Source of the DNA: an uncultured delta proteobacterium | GTDB taxonomy: Bacteria; Myxococcota_A; Polyangia; Fen-1088 | Assembly (NCBI GenBank): GCA_963796685.1 | Contig: CAWCMR010000025.1 | Location: 288,001 to 352,000, forward strand | Direction: 5' to 3' | DNA: 64,000 nucleotides | Shown: positions 1-11,302 of the stretch, one piece after another | Layout: every line of letters starts with the position of its first letter | Position numbering within the stretch: the stretch's first letter is position 1 | Position numbers and translations under genes: made by a program | The notes under the pieces: generated by a model | What the model was told of the DNA's origin: nothing | The model's database searches: none | The model's input: only the letters and a program-made list of their open reading frames with translations

Positions 1-2033
1 TCGACCCCTGACGGTCGCCGAACACGCGGATGTCGATGGGCTGCGCCGCCCCGCCCGTGAGATCCCCGATGTTGTCTTCCAGTAGCTGGCCGAAGTCGGT
101 GTGCACCGCGGGCTCGATGCGGGCGATGCGCGCCCGCAGGTCGTCGATGATCGCCCCGACCGGACGGCGGCTCCGCCGCGGCCCGAGCCGGATGACGTAG
201 TCGCCCCGGTTGGGCTCGGTGATGAAGAATCCGAGCTGGGTGCCGGTACGCCGGGAATAGGTCACGACGCCCGGGGTGGCCATGATGGCGGCATCCACGT
301 ACGACAACATGGCGTCGGTATCCGACAGCGAGGTCCCGGGCGGCGTCCAGTAGTCGAGGATGATCAATCCCTCATCCATGGCGGGCAGGAAGTCCGATCC
401 CAGGTGCCGGTAGATCACGTAGCCTCCGCCTAGACACGCGAGCACGCCGATGAAGGATAGGACAGGCACGCGCAGGAGAAAGCGCACGACGGCCCGATAG
501 CTCCCGGCCAATCTCTCGGGTAAGCGGCCGAGGATGCGATGGCCCGCGGCCGGGCGGGACCGGGGCGTCCGCTTGTGCTGCCGGCCGAGGGCCAGGGGCA
601 CGAGCACCAGCGCCAGGAGAAACGAGACGCCGAGGGCCAAGGCCATGGTGAACGCAAGCGGCTTGAAGAAGGCCCCCACCACCCCGCCGAGCAACGCGAA
701 GGGCACCAGGATGACGATGGTCGAGAAGCTCGACCCGACCAGAGCGGGCCCGAGCTCGCGCACCCCGACTGCCACCGCGTCCTCTTCGCCGCGTTCCGCG
801 TGGCGGTGCACGTTCTCGACCACGACGATGGCGTCGTCCACGATGAGCCCGATCGCAGCCGCGAACCCGGCCAGGGTCATGAGGTTGAGGGTGAGCCCGG
901 CGACGGCCAGTCCGAGCCCGACCATGGCCGCGCACGCCGGCACCGTGAGGATCGCGACCAGGGCCGGACGCAAGCGACGGAGAAAGAGGAGCAGCACGAC
1001 GAGGGCGAGCCCAACCCCGATCACGACCGCGTCGCGCGTCCCGGACAAGGCTCCCGACACGAACGCCGCCTGATCGTAGAAGGTGGACCAGCGCACGCCC
1101 GCCGGCAGGAGATCCGACCGCTCGCGCAGCAGCTTGCGCACGCCGGCGGCGATGGCGATCGTGCTCGCGCTCGGCTGGCGGATGACGTTCACGAGCACGG
1201 CCGGCTGGCCGCCCGCGGTGGTGCGCACGTAGGACACCTCATCCGCGCTCGTCACCTTGCCGAGCTCGCCCAGGCGCACCGGCACGCCCCCTGGTACCGG
1301 GACGGCCATGCGCCGGATCGCCTCCACGCTGTCCGCGCGGCCGTCGACCAAGGCGAGGTAGAGCTCGTGGTTCTCTTCATGGAGGCCGGCGGACAGCACC
1401 TGGTCGTCGGCGTGGATGGCCCGAATGACCTCGGCCACGCCAAGACCGCGTCCAAGCAGGGAAGCACGGTCGAGCCGCACCTCGATCTCGCGTCGGCGGC
1501 CGCCCTGGATCTGCACCTGAGCGACCCCGGGGATGCGGATGAGCTTCCGGCTTGAGAGTGTACTCTGCGAGCGTGCGCAGCTCGGCCTGGGTCTTGTCGT
1601 CCGAGGTGAGGGCGTAGCCGAGGATCGGGAATACGGCCGGGTTCATCCATTCGATGTCCAGCCTGGTCTCGGGCGGCAGTGTGGGGCGCACGCGCTCTGC
1701 CTCGGCCTGGACCCGCGCCAAGGCCACCTGCATGTTCGTGCCCCAATGAAACTCGGCGGTCAGCTCGCACGAGCCCCGGGACGTCGTGGAGCGCACCAGG
1801 TGCACGCCTGGCACACGAAGCGCGGCCTCCTCCAGGGGGCGGGTCACGGTCGGCATCATGCGCGCGGCCGGCTCCTCGCCCACGTCGGCGATGACCTTGA
1901 CCAGGGGAAACGTGACCGAAGGGAAGATCGACGACGGCAGGCGGCTGGCCGCGATGGCGCCGGCAAGCGCGACGATGCCCGCGATCAGGAAGGCCGCGCC
2001 CTGTCGCCGTCGCATCCGTTCGACGAAGGTCAT
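1..2033 (-). CDS. RND efflux permease (AcrB/CusA family), runs off the left edge, one frameshift at ~1545
   Basis: Starts MTFVERMRRRQGAAFL..SSIFPSVTFP at an ATGA overlap with the upstream gene. After a frame change at ~1545 it continues LIRIPGVAQVQIQGG..NLMTLAGFAAAIGLIVDDAIVVVENV..DFLPAMDEG, with typical RND motifs. Confidence 0.9.
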
Positions 2034-3023
2034 GGCTCCACCTGTACGTGCGCCCCCTGCGGGAGCCCGACCTGGCCCGCGACCACCACGCGCGTGCCGG
2101 GCTGGATGGGCGAGGACAGAAGCTCCACCAAGGCGCCTTCGGCGAGCCCGACCTCGACCGTCACCCAATGGGCATGGTCCGTGGCATCCACGACTGCCAC
2201 GCGGGATGTCCCCGTCACATCGTCGCGCAGCACGGCCGCCTTCGGCACCACCAGCGCCCCCGGATGCTTTCCCACCGTGATGTGCGCGACCCCGAACAGA
2301 TTGATCTCGGACGGTCGCTCGCCCCGGACGAAGTCGAGCCGGATCGGCGCCGTGAGAATCGGTGGCCGACCCGCCCGGCAACACCGCGTGCACGGTGGCC
2401 CGCAGGGGCCTCGCAGCCGCGGCGAGCGCGATGGTCGCGGGTTGCCCGGGCCTGATCGCGTCCAGATCGACCTGGGCGATGTTCGCCATGAACACGATGG
2501 CGTCGGTGGCGACGATGACGACCACGGATTGATTGGCGTCGAGACGCGCGTCCTCGTCCGCCTGGTGCGACAGCACGATGCCATTCTCGGGCGCGCGCAG
2601 AGTGGTCTTGACCAGGCCGCGCTGGGCGAGCGCGAGCGCGCGCGTGGCCGCCTCGCGCTGGGCCCGCGTCGTGGCCGAGGCCAGCATGGCGCGCGCCCCT
2701 TCCAGCGCGGCCTCGCTGTCACGGGAGACGATCCAGCCCAGGGCCTGGCCGCCCCTCACCTGGTCGCCGTCGCTCACCACCAGGTCGAGCAGCATGCCCG
2801 CGAACGGCGCGCGCACCACCTGGGTCTCGCTGCTCTCGGTGCGGCCCGGGCCGCTGACGATCACCGGCACGTCCTGCCGGGTGGCGCGCGCGACCTTCAC
2901 CGGGACCGCCAAGGTCGGCGCGCCGGCGTCGTCCACCCGCGCTTGGGGAGCACGCGCGCCCGAGCGGCAGCCCCCTGCGAGCAGCAACCAGACGAGCGCG
3001 GTCCGAGCCCATGGTCGTCCCAT
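2030..3023 (-). CDS. RND periplasmic adaptor (MFP) lipoprotein, frameshift at ~2358
   Basis: N-part in ORF 1377..3023 (lipobox LAGGC, VRAPFAG, LRAPENG); C-part in ORF 2030..2722 (ALVVPKAAV..VVAGQVGLPQGAHV). Confidence 0.85.
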
Positions 3024-3030
3024 GATCCTG

Positions 3031-4366
3031 TCACGGACCTCCCCAGCGCAGGACTTTCGCCTGCGCGATCCGGTAGGCCAGCAGCGCCCGCGCGGCTGCC
3101 ACCTCCGACTGAACCCACCTACGGTGGGCGTCCAAGACCGCCAAGGCCGTGCTGGCGCCCCCGCGGTACAGACTCTCCTCGGCCAGAAAGGCGTCGCGCG
3201 ACTTGGGCACGGCCTCGGCGAAGAGCTGCAATTGCCGGTAGAGCGCCGGGAAGCTCGAGGCGCGCGCCTTCTGCGGCCAGCCGGGCCCCGCGATACACCA
3301 CGACCTGCTGGTCGCGCGCCCGATCGAGCGCGATCTGCGCCTGCTCAAGCCGGGCGCGATAAGCCCCGAAGTCGAACAGGGTCCAGTCGTACGACAACAT
3401 GAGGGACAGCCCGAATCCGCGTAGCGCGCGCTGGCCGAAGGGATCGCCCGGATAGCGTGCGTCCGCGACCCCGAGGTAACCGCCCCCGAGCTCGTAGAAG
3501 AGGTGCGGCTTGCGCTCGGCCCGAGCCACGGCGATGCCGTGGTCAGCGGCCGAGACGTCCGCGGCGGCGCCCGCGAGATCCGGAACCGCGCGCCAGGGTT
3601 GTTGCCCGCTCGGCGGTCGTGGCGGCATCGTGGGCGCCGGCAGCTCGGCCACGGACAGGGGCGCGCGTGGATCGCGGCCGAGCACGTCGTTGAGGGCATA
3701 GCGGGCCTGGCCGAGCCTGAGCTCGGCGTCCGCGGCGGCAATCCGCTGGGTCGCAAGCTCGGCCTCGGTCTTGAGCCGGTCCGTCTCGAGACCCTGTCCC
3801 CCGAGCTGGCGCAAGCAGATATCGTCCAGGTACTTTGCCAGGCGATCCACCGCCTCGTTCTCCACCGACACCGCGGCGGCGGCTTCCACGACCGTGCTGA
3901 AGCGGATGCGGACCTCGAAATCCACGTCCGCCTCGGCCACCTGGTAGCGAGCCACGAAACCGGCGGCGGCGGCGCTCGCCACCGCCTCGCGGGCCCGCAG
4001 GGCACCGCCATCGTAGAGCGGGCCGCGCGCGAAGAGCTCGAGGCGCTCCTCGCTGCCGTTGTTCGGGTAGGCGCTGGCGGGGGTGGCATAGCGCAAGTCT
4101 CCCTCGCCCGATAGGGCAGGCCACAGCTCGGCGCGCGCCTCGCGAATCCGGGCCTGGCCGCTCTCCACATCCATGCGCGCCACCGGCAGGCGGGCGTTCG
4201 CGGCCCGGGCCTCGCGCAGGGCCGCCTGCAAGGTCAGGGGCTGGTCGCAACGGGCCCGGGCAGGCCACAAGGCCGTGAGCGCAGCGGACAGCAGCGCACC
4301 GGCGCGCAGACGAAACCGAGCAGCGGAAAATCCCGGCGAACCCCACATGCCCGCAAGCGACGCCAT
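3031..4366 (-). CDS. TolC-family outer membrane efflux protein, frameshift at ~3250
   Basis: PLTLQAALREARAAN..ARAELWP in ORF 3119..4366; C-terminus YRGGASTALAVLDA..AYRIAQAKV in ORF 3031..4170. Confidence 0.85.
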
Positions 4367-4796
4367 TCCTGGTTCGTAGCGCGCGCCCGCCGCAAATCAA
4401 GATGCCCCGCGCAACCCGAGTCACTCTTCGAGGAAGTGGCAGAATGGGCGTCGCTGTGCGGCACCACCTTCTACCAGCATCACATGGGAAAACATCGGCG
4501 CTACGGTCGATGGAGGAACCGATCTGGCTCGCGGACGAGATGGGTAGCCAGTGCGGGGGACGGAACGCCTGCTCGCCGACCAACGGCACTTGGCCGACCG
4601 CAACGACGCCCGACGATTTCCGAGTGCGCACAGTCGGCCTCGGTCTACGAGATCGCGGTCTTCGGTGCCAAGCGGGCCGGCCCCAACTCGGACTTAGAGA
4701 ATCTCGCTCAACGGCTTCACCACCAAGCGCTCGCTCTGCACGTCGAACCCCTGAAACTCGTCCGCAGGGTATCGCTCGGGGCTCGGCCTCGCCGGC

Positions 4797-7700
4797 ATGG
4801 CCAGCACCGAGGTGGCCATCCCCTTCGTGGAAGATCCCGAGTGGAAATGGATCCTCTCGACGCGCACGGCGACGGGCCACGGCGATGAAGCGGAAGCGAC
4901 CGTCACCCTCGGCGTGCGCGAGGAGACCCCGCAGGCGCCTTCGCTACGCGCGCACTGGCTGGTGAAGGCCGCGCCTCCAGGGAGCAAGGCGGCCTTCGTC
5001 GTGGAGGTGCGCGATGGTACGGGTCGAGGAATCCCGAAGCTGCCCTTGCGCTACTGGGTCGGGCCGCGCGGCACGCAGGCGCCCAAGGACGACAAGGCTT
5101 GGCTTTCCGCCTCGACGGAGATGCGCACCGATGCCGACGGCCACGCCACCGCGACGGTGGAGGCGCCCAGGACGATCTCGCCGCGGAGATCCAGTTTCAC
5201 TCTGGTGACCAAGGCCCTGGTCGAGGGACACCCGCTCGTGGGCCAGGATACCCTGGCGCTGGCCACGCCTGCTCCGGAGCTGGAGCTGCAGCCCGAGCTC
5301 GGCGTCCTTCTGCCCGGCCAACCACAGCGGCTCTTCCTCCATGCCTCCCTCGACGAAAAGCCCATGGCCGCCGAATTCGCGTTGACCGGACACGGGCTCG
5401 ACGCTCGCGTGCGAACCGATGCGCGCGGCTGGGGCCAGGTGGTATGGAACCTTCCGCCCGAGGTCGGCGCCCTGGTGCCCGACAAGGCCAACACCGGTTG
5501 CGCGGGCGAAGTGGCGGCCACGGTGCACGTGCGCCGGATCGCCTCGGGTGGCATGGCGGCCTCTGGCATCGACCGCTGTCTGCGCGTGGATCGTGATGCG
5601 GTCGCCGCGGTTCGCCCCGGTCGACCGATGGTGAAAGCCGGCGAGCCCCTGCCTGTGCGCATTCTTGGAGGCAAGGGCTCGGCCAGTGTGATGCTGCAAG
5701 GTCCGGGGGAAGGTGTCTGGCAGAGCGCCTGGCTCGGCGACGCGGCCCGCGGCGGCACGGTGACGCTGCCCCCGTTGGCAAAAGGCGAATGGACCCTCGG
5801 GGCCGCGGGCATGGCCACGCCGAAGAACAAAAACGTGCTCGGCGGCCAGGTCTTGGTCTTGCCGCGCGTGCTGCCCCGCCTTTCCATCACGCAAGAGAAA
5901 GCCGACGGCATCGCGCCCGGCGGCCACGTGGTCGTCCAGGCTGTGCTCGACGACGGGCACGGACAACCCCTGACCGGAAGCGTGGGTGCGGTGGTGTTCG
6001 ACAAGGCGGGGGGCACCCATCCCGAACGCCTGCTGGCCCTGGACACCCGCCGCTCGCTGGCCGCCACGGCGGGTATCGCCGACCGGGACGTGGATGCGTT
6101 CCTCGACGGCGACAGCACCTTCGACATCGCGCGCTGGGCCGCCGTGGCCAAGGGTGCCGGCGCGCCCCCGCCCCCTGCCTTCGATCCGCTGGCGACGGTC
6201 GACGAGGATATCGACAAGGCGTTCCGCGAGATCGTGCAATCCCTGGATGGTCGGAGACGTGGTGGAGGTTCCGATTCGTCTGCGCAACCGCACGGCCAGG
6301 ATGGTGACCGCTTCGTTGCACCTGGCCGCCACGGGCGCGGCCCGGATGCTCGACACCAGCGCGAGCCAGCGAGAAATTCCGGTTCCCGCGCAGTCGATGG
6401 TCACGGTCACGGCGCGGATGCGCGGCACCTCGGTCGGCAACGCGACGCTGGATGCGACGATCGAAGGCGCGGGGCTTGCCGATCGGTTGAAACATGAATG
6501 GGCCGTTCGGCCGGCCGGGGAAACCGTCCTGGCCGAGAACGTGCGCTGGCTGGATCGAAGCGCGGAGGTGCCTCTGCCCGCCCCGACGTCAGAGATGCCG
6601 GCGCAGGGAGCCGGCCGTCTCGTGCTCGAGCGAGGCATCGCCCCCATCATCGCGGCGGCCCTCGATTCCTTCCAGCCCGAGCACCTGACCGGCGAGCGCG
6701 CGTTCGCCGACGCCCTGGAGGTTTTCGGCCGCGTGCGCGCGTGGGCCATCGTCCACAGTGGCGAGGGCGACGCGCTGGCGATCCGCGCGCGCGCGCTGGC
6801 TCGCCAGGTACCGGAACACGAGAGGGTGCAGCGCAAGCCAAGGTCCGAGCAGAGCTGGGAGCAGCCGTTGCGGGCACGGGCGCGATTCTGGCAGGCGATT
6901 GCGAATCCCCACGAAAGACCGGACATCGAACGAGACCATCCCAAGTGCCCGCCGGCCAAGGTGCCTCCCATTCCCGAAGCCTTGGACTGGCTTGCCATCG
7001 TTCCGCGATCGGATCGGGGAACCGAAAATGCCTGCTGGGAGGCCCTGCGGGCCTCGGTCCTCAATCAGCTCTCCGTCGAGAAGAACCCACTGATCCTGGC
7101 GCGCGCGGTGCTCTCCTTCCTGGATTCGCCGTCGCAGACCGCGGTGGCGACCGCCTTGGCAGCTCGTCTGACCGCCCTGGTCCTCGTGCGAAACGACGGA
7201 ACCGTGATTCTGCCCTCCGGGCTGGCCGACGACCGCGCCACCCGCGCCATCGTCGTGGCCGCTCTCGCACGATCGGCGAAATTGCGCGGTGGCGATAAGC
7301 GAGCTACCACGGCGGTGCTGTGGCCGCGCCTGCTCGTGGAAAGAGACGACAAGGGCGGCTACGGATCGGCGGAAGCCACTCTCCAGGTCGTGCGGGCGTT
7401 GCTCGAAATCGGTGGCACGGCAGCCTCGCCCACGGCCATTCGGTGCACCGAGCTTACGGCCGCGGGCAAGCCGCTCGCGCAACGAGAGTTGACCCTCGCC
7501 GCGGACAGCACGGTGACGTTGCAACTTTCCCCCGCGGCCAGCAGCGCCCGCATCGAGACCTCGTCGCCGGGTTTGCTGGCTCGCGCACAGCGCCCTCTGT
7601 TCCGCTCCTACTTCCTGCCCGCCGACGAGGCCGCAAGTCCACTGCACCTGGATCTCGCCATGCCCAAGCCGGCGAGCAAGGAAGGCGTGTCCTCGCTGCA

Positions 7701-7986
7701 GGTCAATCTTTGCCACGACCTCGCCCGCGCGACCACCATCATGGTGCGCATCCCGCTTCCGCCCGGCGCCGCCCTGGCCGAAAAGGTCGCGGACATGTGG
7801 CAGGTGCAAGGGGCGATCTATGTCCGCACGTCCATCGCTTCCGATTCCCTGCCCAGGGTCATCCCGGTGCCCCTGCGCTTCGCGCTCGCGGGAGTCTTCA
7901 CCCTGCCCGAAGCCACGGCCCGCATCACCGACGACGAAGTCCCCGCGGCTCGCGCGCCGGCGCGCCCCTTGACCATCGTCAAATAG
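4797..7986 (+). pseudogene. Alpha-2-macroglobulin-like secreted protein, fragmented
   Basis: Ig/MG-like beta segments (VRTDARGWG, DGHGQPLTGSVGAVVFD), then GDVVEVPIRLRN, GGYGSAEAT and a C-terminal RIPLPPGA. Two frames join at ~6250 and there is no signal peptide. Confidence 0.6.
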
Positions 7987-9148
7987 GCGTGGCGTCCTTG
8001 TTGTGCTTGAAGTACTCGGCCGTCAGCCGCTCCATCATCTGCTCGCGCCGATCGTACAGCCGCTTGAGCTTGCGCGGCTGCTTACGCGCAAGCGCGTAGT
8101 GCGCGAGCAAGGGGAGAGCCACCGTGGAGTCGATGTACGCCACCACGGCATCGGGAAGCTGGTTGGGATCGATCTTGCCCCAGCTCACGGCTTCGGACGG
8201 CGTGGCGCCCGACAGCCCGCCCGTGTCGGGACGCGCGTCGGTGAATTGCAGGAAGTAGTCGTGCCCGATCTCCTTGATGCGTAGGACCTCCTGGATTTGC
8301 GGCTCGGTCTGCAGGATGAAGTTCTTGGGAGAACCGCCGCCCATGAGGAGCACGCCGGTCTTCTTCTTGCGCAGCTTCGCGTCGAGTACGATGGCCGTGG
8401 TCTCGTTGACGTCGATGCTCGGATTGATGCGCAGCTTGTTGCCGCGCAACTCGACGCCGGCCACGTTCATGCCGATGGTCGAATCGCCGGGCGATGAGGT
8501 GTAGCAAGGCACGCCCGCGCGGTACGCGGCGGCGAGGACCGACGCATCCTTGATTCCGCATTGCCGCTCGAACTCGGCGCAGTACTTGCCGATGTGGTAG
8601 TGCAGCTCGGCCGTGCCCATCTCTTTCTGGAATTCCTTCTGGATGATGATCTTGCGCAAGATATCGTCCGTCTTCATGAGCACGTCGTTGTAGTCGAGTA
8701 GGATGTCATAGATGCGGACGACGCCGAAGCGGCGCAATTCGACGTCGCGCGAGAAGGGCGAGCCGCGGTAGAGTGGCATGTTCATCGCGTGGTGCATGTC
8801 GTGGTACAGGTTGGCGCCCGTGCCCACGATCCAGTCGACGAACCCCGCCTTGATGAGCGGAATCACCGCAGCAGCGCCGAGCCCCGCCGGGGTCAGCGCA
8901 CCAGCCAAGCTCATGCCGATGGTTACGCTATCGTTGGCTAGCATCTTCTGGGTGAACAGCCGCGCACCTTCCTGCAGGCGGGCGCCGTTGTAGGCCAGAA
9001 ACGCATTGTCGATGAGGTCGGGCAGGCTCTCCTTGCCCGTGATGGGTTTGGGCAGAATGCGCTGACCGCGCAGGTACAGCTTCTTGCCGGCGGAGAACTT
9101 GTGCGGGTATTTGCTGACGAACTTCTTGGGCAACTCGATCTTGGCCAT
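7979..9148 (-). CDS. Deoxyhypusine synthase-like protein (probable homospermidine synthase)
   Basis: Motifs [23 protein letters not shown] and [22 protein letters not shown] (catalytic Lys present); start MAKIELPKK. Confidence 0.9.
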   Translation of the reverse strand: MAKIELPKKFVSKYPHKFSAGKKLYLRGQRILPKPITGKESLPDLIDNAFLAYNGARLQEGARLFTQKMLANDSVTIGMSLAGALTPAGLGAAAVIPLIKAGFVDWIVGTGANLYHDMHHAMNMPLYRGSPFSRDVELRRFGVVRIYDILLDYNDVLMKTDDILRKIIIQKEFQKEMGTAELHYHIGKYCAEFERQCGIKDASVLAAAYRAGVPCYTSSPGDSTIGMNVAGVELRGNKLRINPSIDVNETTAIVLDAKLRKKKTGVLLMGGGSPKNFILQTEPQIQEVLRIKEIGHDYFLQFTDARPDTGGLSGATPSEAVSWGKIDPNQLPDAVVAYIDSTVALPLLAHYALARKQPRKLKRLYDRREQMMERLTAEYFKHNKDATPI

Positions 9149-9521
9149 TGCGAACGGTTCCTTTCGATATGTGCGCCCCGTGACGCCGCCCACATGGGGC
9201 GACGGTGCACAGACGGCTTTGCAACCGTCTGCCCGTGTGTGACTAGGGATATGCGGCGGACAATCTGGCGAAAAAGGGTCGCCTTTGCAAGCGCGCCGTA
9301 CCACGCCGCTGTCCGCAATTGGAGTCCAGATGCTGCGCAGAGTCGCGTCACCGCGTGGACCCGATGTAGGCCGAAAAACCACTATCCCCACACTCCGAAT
9401 TGCAGAGTACCCACGCAGATCCTCCTTTCTCCTCGTGTGGGATCGCCTACTATTATGGTTCAGGTATTTTCTGCGCCTGTCAGTTTGTATTCAGCGGTAC
9501 CATTGGAGGCAGGGAGACGTC

Positions 9522-10628
9522 ATGAAAAAACTGCTACTGGGAACAATCGTCGCTGGAGTAGCGATTTCTTCGTCGGTCGGGATCTTCTTCGCGGCCTGCG
9601 ATTCGGCCCCGCCGCCTGTCGGGGCCGGGGGTACGAGCGGGGGAGGCGTCGGCGGATCGATTATCAAGCTCGACGGAAGCGTGCCGGGCCAGGCCGGCTC
9701 GGGCGGCAACTCGAGCCCGACAAGCGCTGCGCCGACGGCAGACGCCAACTGTGGCACCCAAACCAGCGGTACCTCTCGCCAACCGGCGGATGTGCTTCTG
9801 GTGCTGGATCGCTCCGGCTCCATGGACTACAGCACGACTACGGACTCGAACTGCCGGAATGGCGCAACCAACTGCACCGCCAGGTGGCCAGCGCTAACCG
9901 ACGCCGTGGATGCCACCTTGACGAGTACGGCGAGCTCCATTAGTTGGGGGCTCAAGCTGTTCTCTTCCACCGGGAACGCATGTGGGGTCAGTAGCGGCGT
10001 CGAGGTGGCCATCTCGGCGACCTCGGTGCCCACCATCCAGACCCAGGTCGCCGCCACGAAACCGGGCGGCAATACCCCTACTGCGCAGGCCATCGACGCG
10101 GCCACGGCCTACCTCAATACCGTCAAGGATCAGAACGCCAAATACATTCTTCTGGCTACCGACGGCGAGCCCAACTGCGCCTCGTCCGGCAATACGGACC
10201 CGAATGTTCAGGCAACGGTTGACGCTATCGCCGCGGCCAAGGCGGCAGGATTCACCGTGTACGTTATCGGAATTGGTCCCAGCGTCGGAAACCTGGACAG
10301 TTTCGCAGCGGCCGGAGGCACCAACAAGTACTTCCCAGCCACCTCTCCGCAGGATCTGGCCAACGCCTTCGCGACCATCAGCCAGGCGGTGACCACGTGC
10401 ACCTTCTCCCTGGACCAAACGCCACCGGATGTGAACAACATCGCGGTCTACCTGGACGGGAAGCTCGTGACGAAGGACGACGCCAACGGCTGGAGCTACG
10501 GTGGCACCTCGCAGACGGTCGTGCTCAACGGCACCACCTGCGCCCAGATCACCTCGGGCGCGGCCACGCAGGTCCAGGTGCTCTTCGGCTGCCTGGGTGG
10601 CCCGCCCCCGCCGCCCATTCTCTTCTAA
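9522..10628 (+). CDS. Secreted/lipoprotein VWA-domain protein
   Basis: Signal-like N-terminus, MIDAS motif LVLDRSGSM, GNTPT, LLATDGEP, Cys pairs; GGAG SD upstream. Confidence 0.85.
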   Translation: MKKLLLGTIVAGVAISSSVGIFFAACDSAPPPVGAGGTSGGGVGGSIIKLDGSVPGQAGSGGNSSPTSAAPTADANCGTQTSGTSRQPADVLLVLDRSGSMDYSTTTDSNCRNGATNCTARWPALTDAVDATLTSTASSISWGLKLFSSTGNACGVSSGVEVAISATSVPTIQTQVAATKPGGNTPTAQAIDAATAYLNTVKDQNAKYILLATDGEPNCASSGNTDPNVQATVDAIAAAKAAGFTVYVIGIGPSVGNLDSFAAAGGTNKYFPATSPQDLANAFATISQAVTTCTFSLDQTPPDVNNIAVYLDGKLVTKDDANGWSYGGTSQTVVLNGTTCAQITSGAATQVQVLFGCLGGPPPPPILF

Positions 10629-11272
10629 TCCGACACCCCGAACTCGGCCAGCTTGTGCCGGAGCGCCTGGGTGCGCTTGGTTTCGGCGTTGAGCAGGTCA
10701 TTGGTGTGGATCAGCCGCCCTTCCAGCTCGTGCATCTCCGAGAGCGTGCGCTGTCCGTGCACCCGGGCAGCGACCTGGCGCAGGAACATGAGCAGCCAGA
10801 CCAGCATCGCCAGCATCATGATGGCGATGCCGGCGATGATGGGAAGGGCGTAGCGAACGGACACCGTGACCCGCTCGGTCTCCTCGCGTAGGCGATCGTT
10901 GGTACGCTGCAGTTGCAGCTCGCGCTCGTGCGCCTCGGTCACTCTGCTCTCGAGCGCCGCGCGTTCCTTCTGCGAGCTCTTGAGACTGGCAATCAGCTCG
11001 TTGTTCTCGGCCGTGCGACGCGGGATCTCCTCTTCCAGCTTGACCCGCTTGTCGATCTCCTTGGCCAGCTCGTCCTCCAGAACCTTGATCTTCTCGGCCG
11101 GGGGAAGAACCCTGGCCACAAGGCCCCCCCCCACCGCCGCCGGCGCGTCGGATTTCTGCGCCCAGGCCCGCGGCCCAGCCAGGATGGCAATGGCCAAGAG
11201 CGCCCACACGCTGGACCGCCAAGGCGTGAATCTCGGCGCGCTGACCGACGAACGTTCGCTATCTTTTTTCAT
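10625..11272 (-). CDS. Hypothetical membrane protein with coiled coil
   Basis: Signal-like segment, heptad-rich E/K/R region, one TM (YALPIIAGIAIMMLAMLVWLLMFL). Confidence 0.75.
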   Translation of the reverse strand: MKKDSERSSVSAPRFTPWRSSVWALLAIAILAGPRAWAQKSDAPAAVGGGLVARVLPPAEKIKVLEDELAKEIDKRVKLEEEIPRRTAENNELIASLKSSQKERAALESRVTEAHERELQLQRTNDRLREETERVTVSVRYALPIIAGIAIMMLAMLVWLLMFLRQVAARVHGQRTLSEMHELEGRLIHTNDLLNAETKRTQALRHKLAEFGVSD

Positions 11273-11302
11273 GGCTGAACCCTTCTGCCGGGGATGCGAA
11301 GA

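Noticed and set aside
1530-3260. Programmed frameshifting in the RND operon
   Set aside because: No slippery heptamers or shared signal at the three sites; simple indels explain them better.
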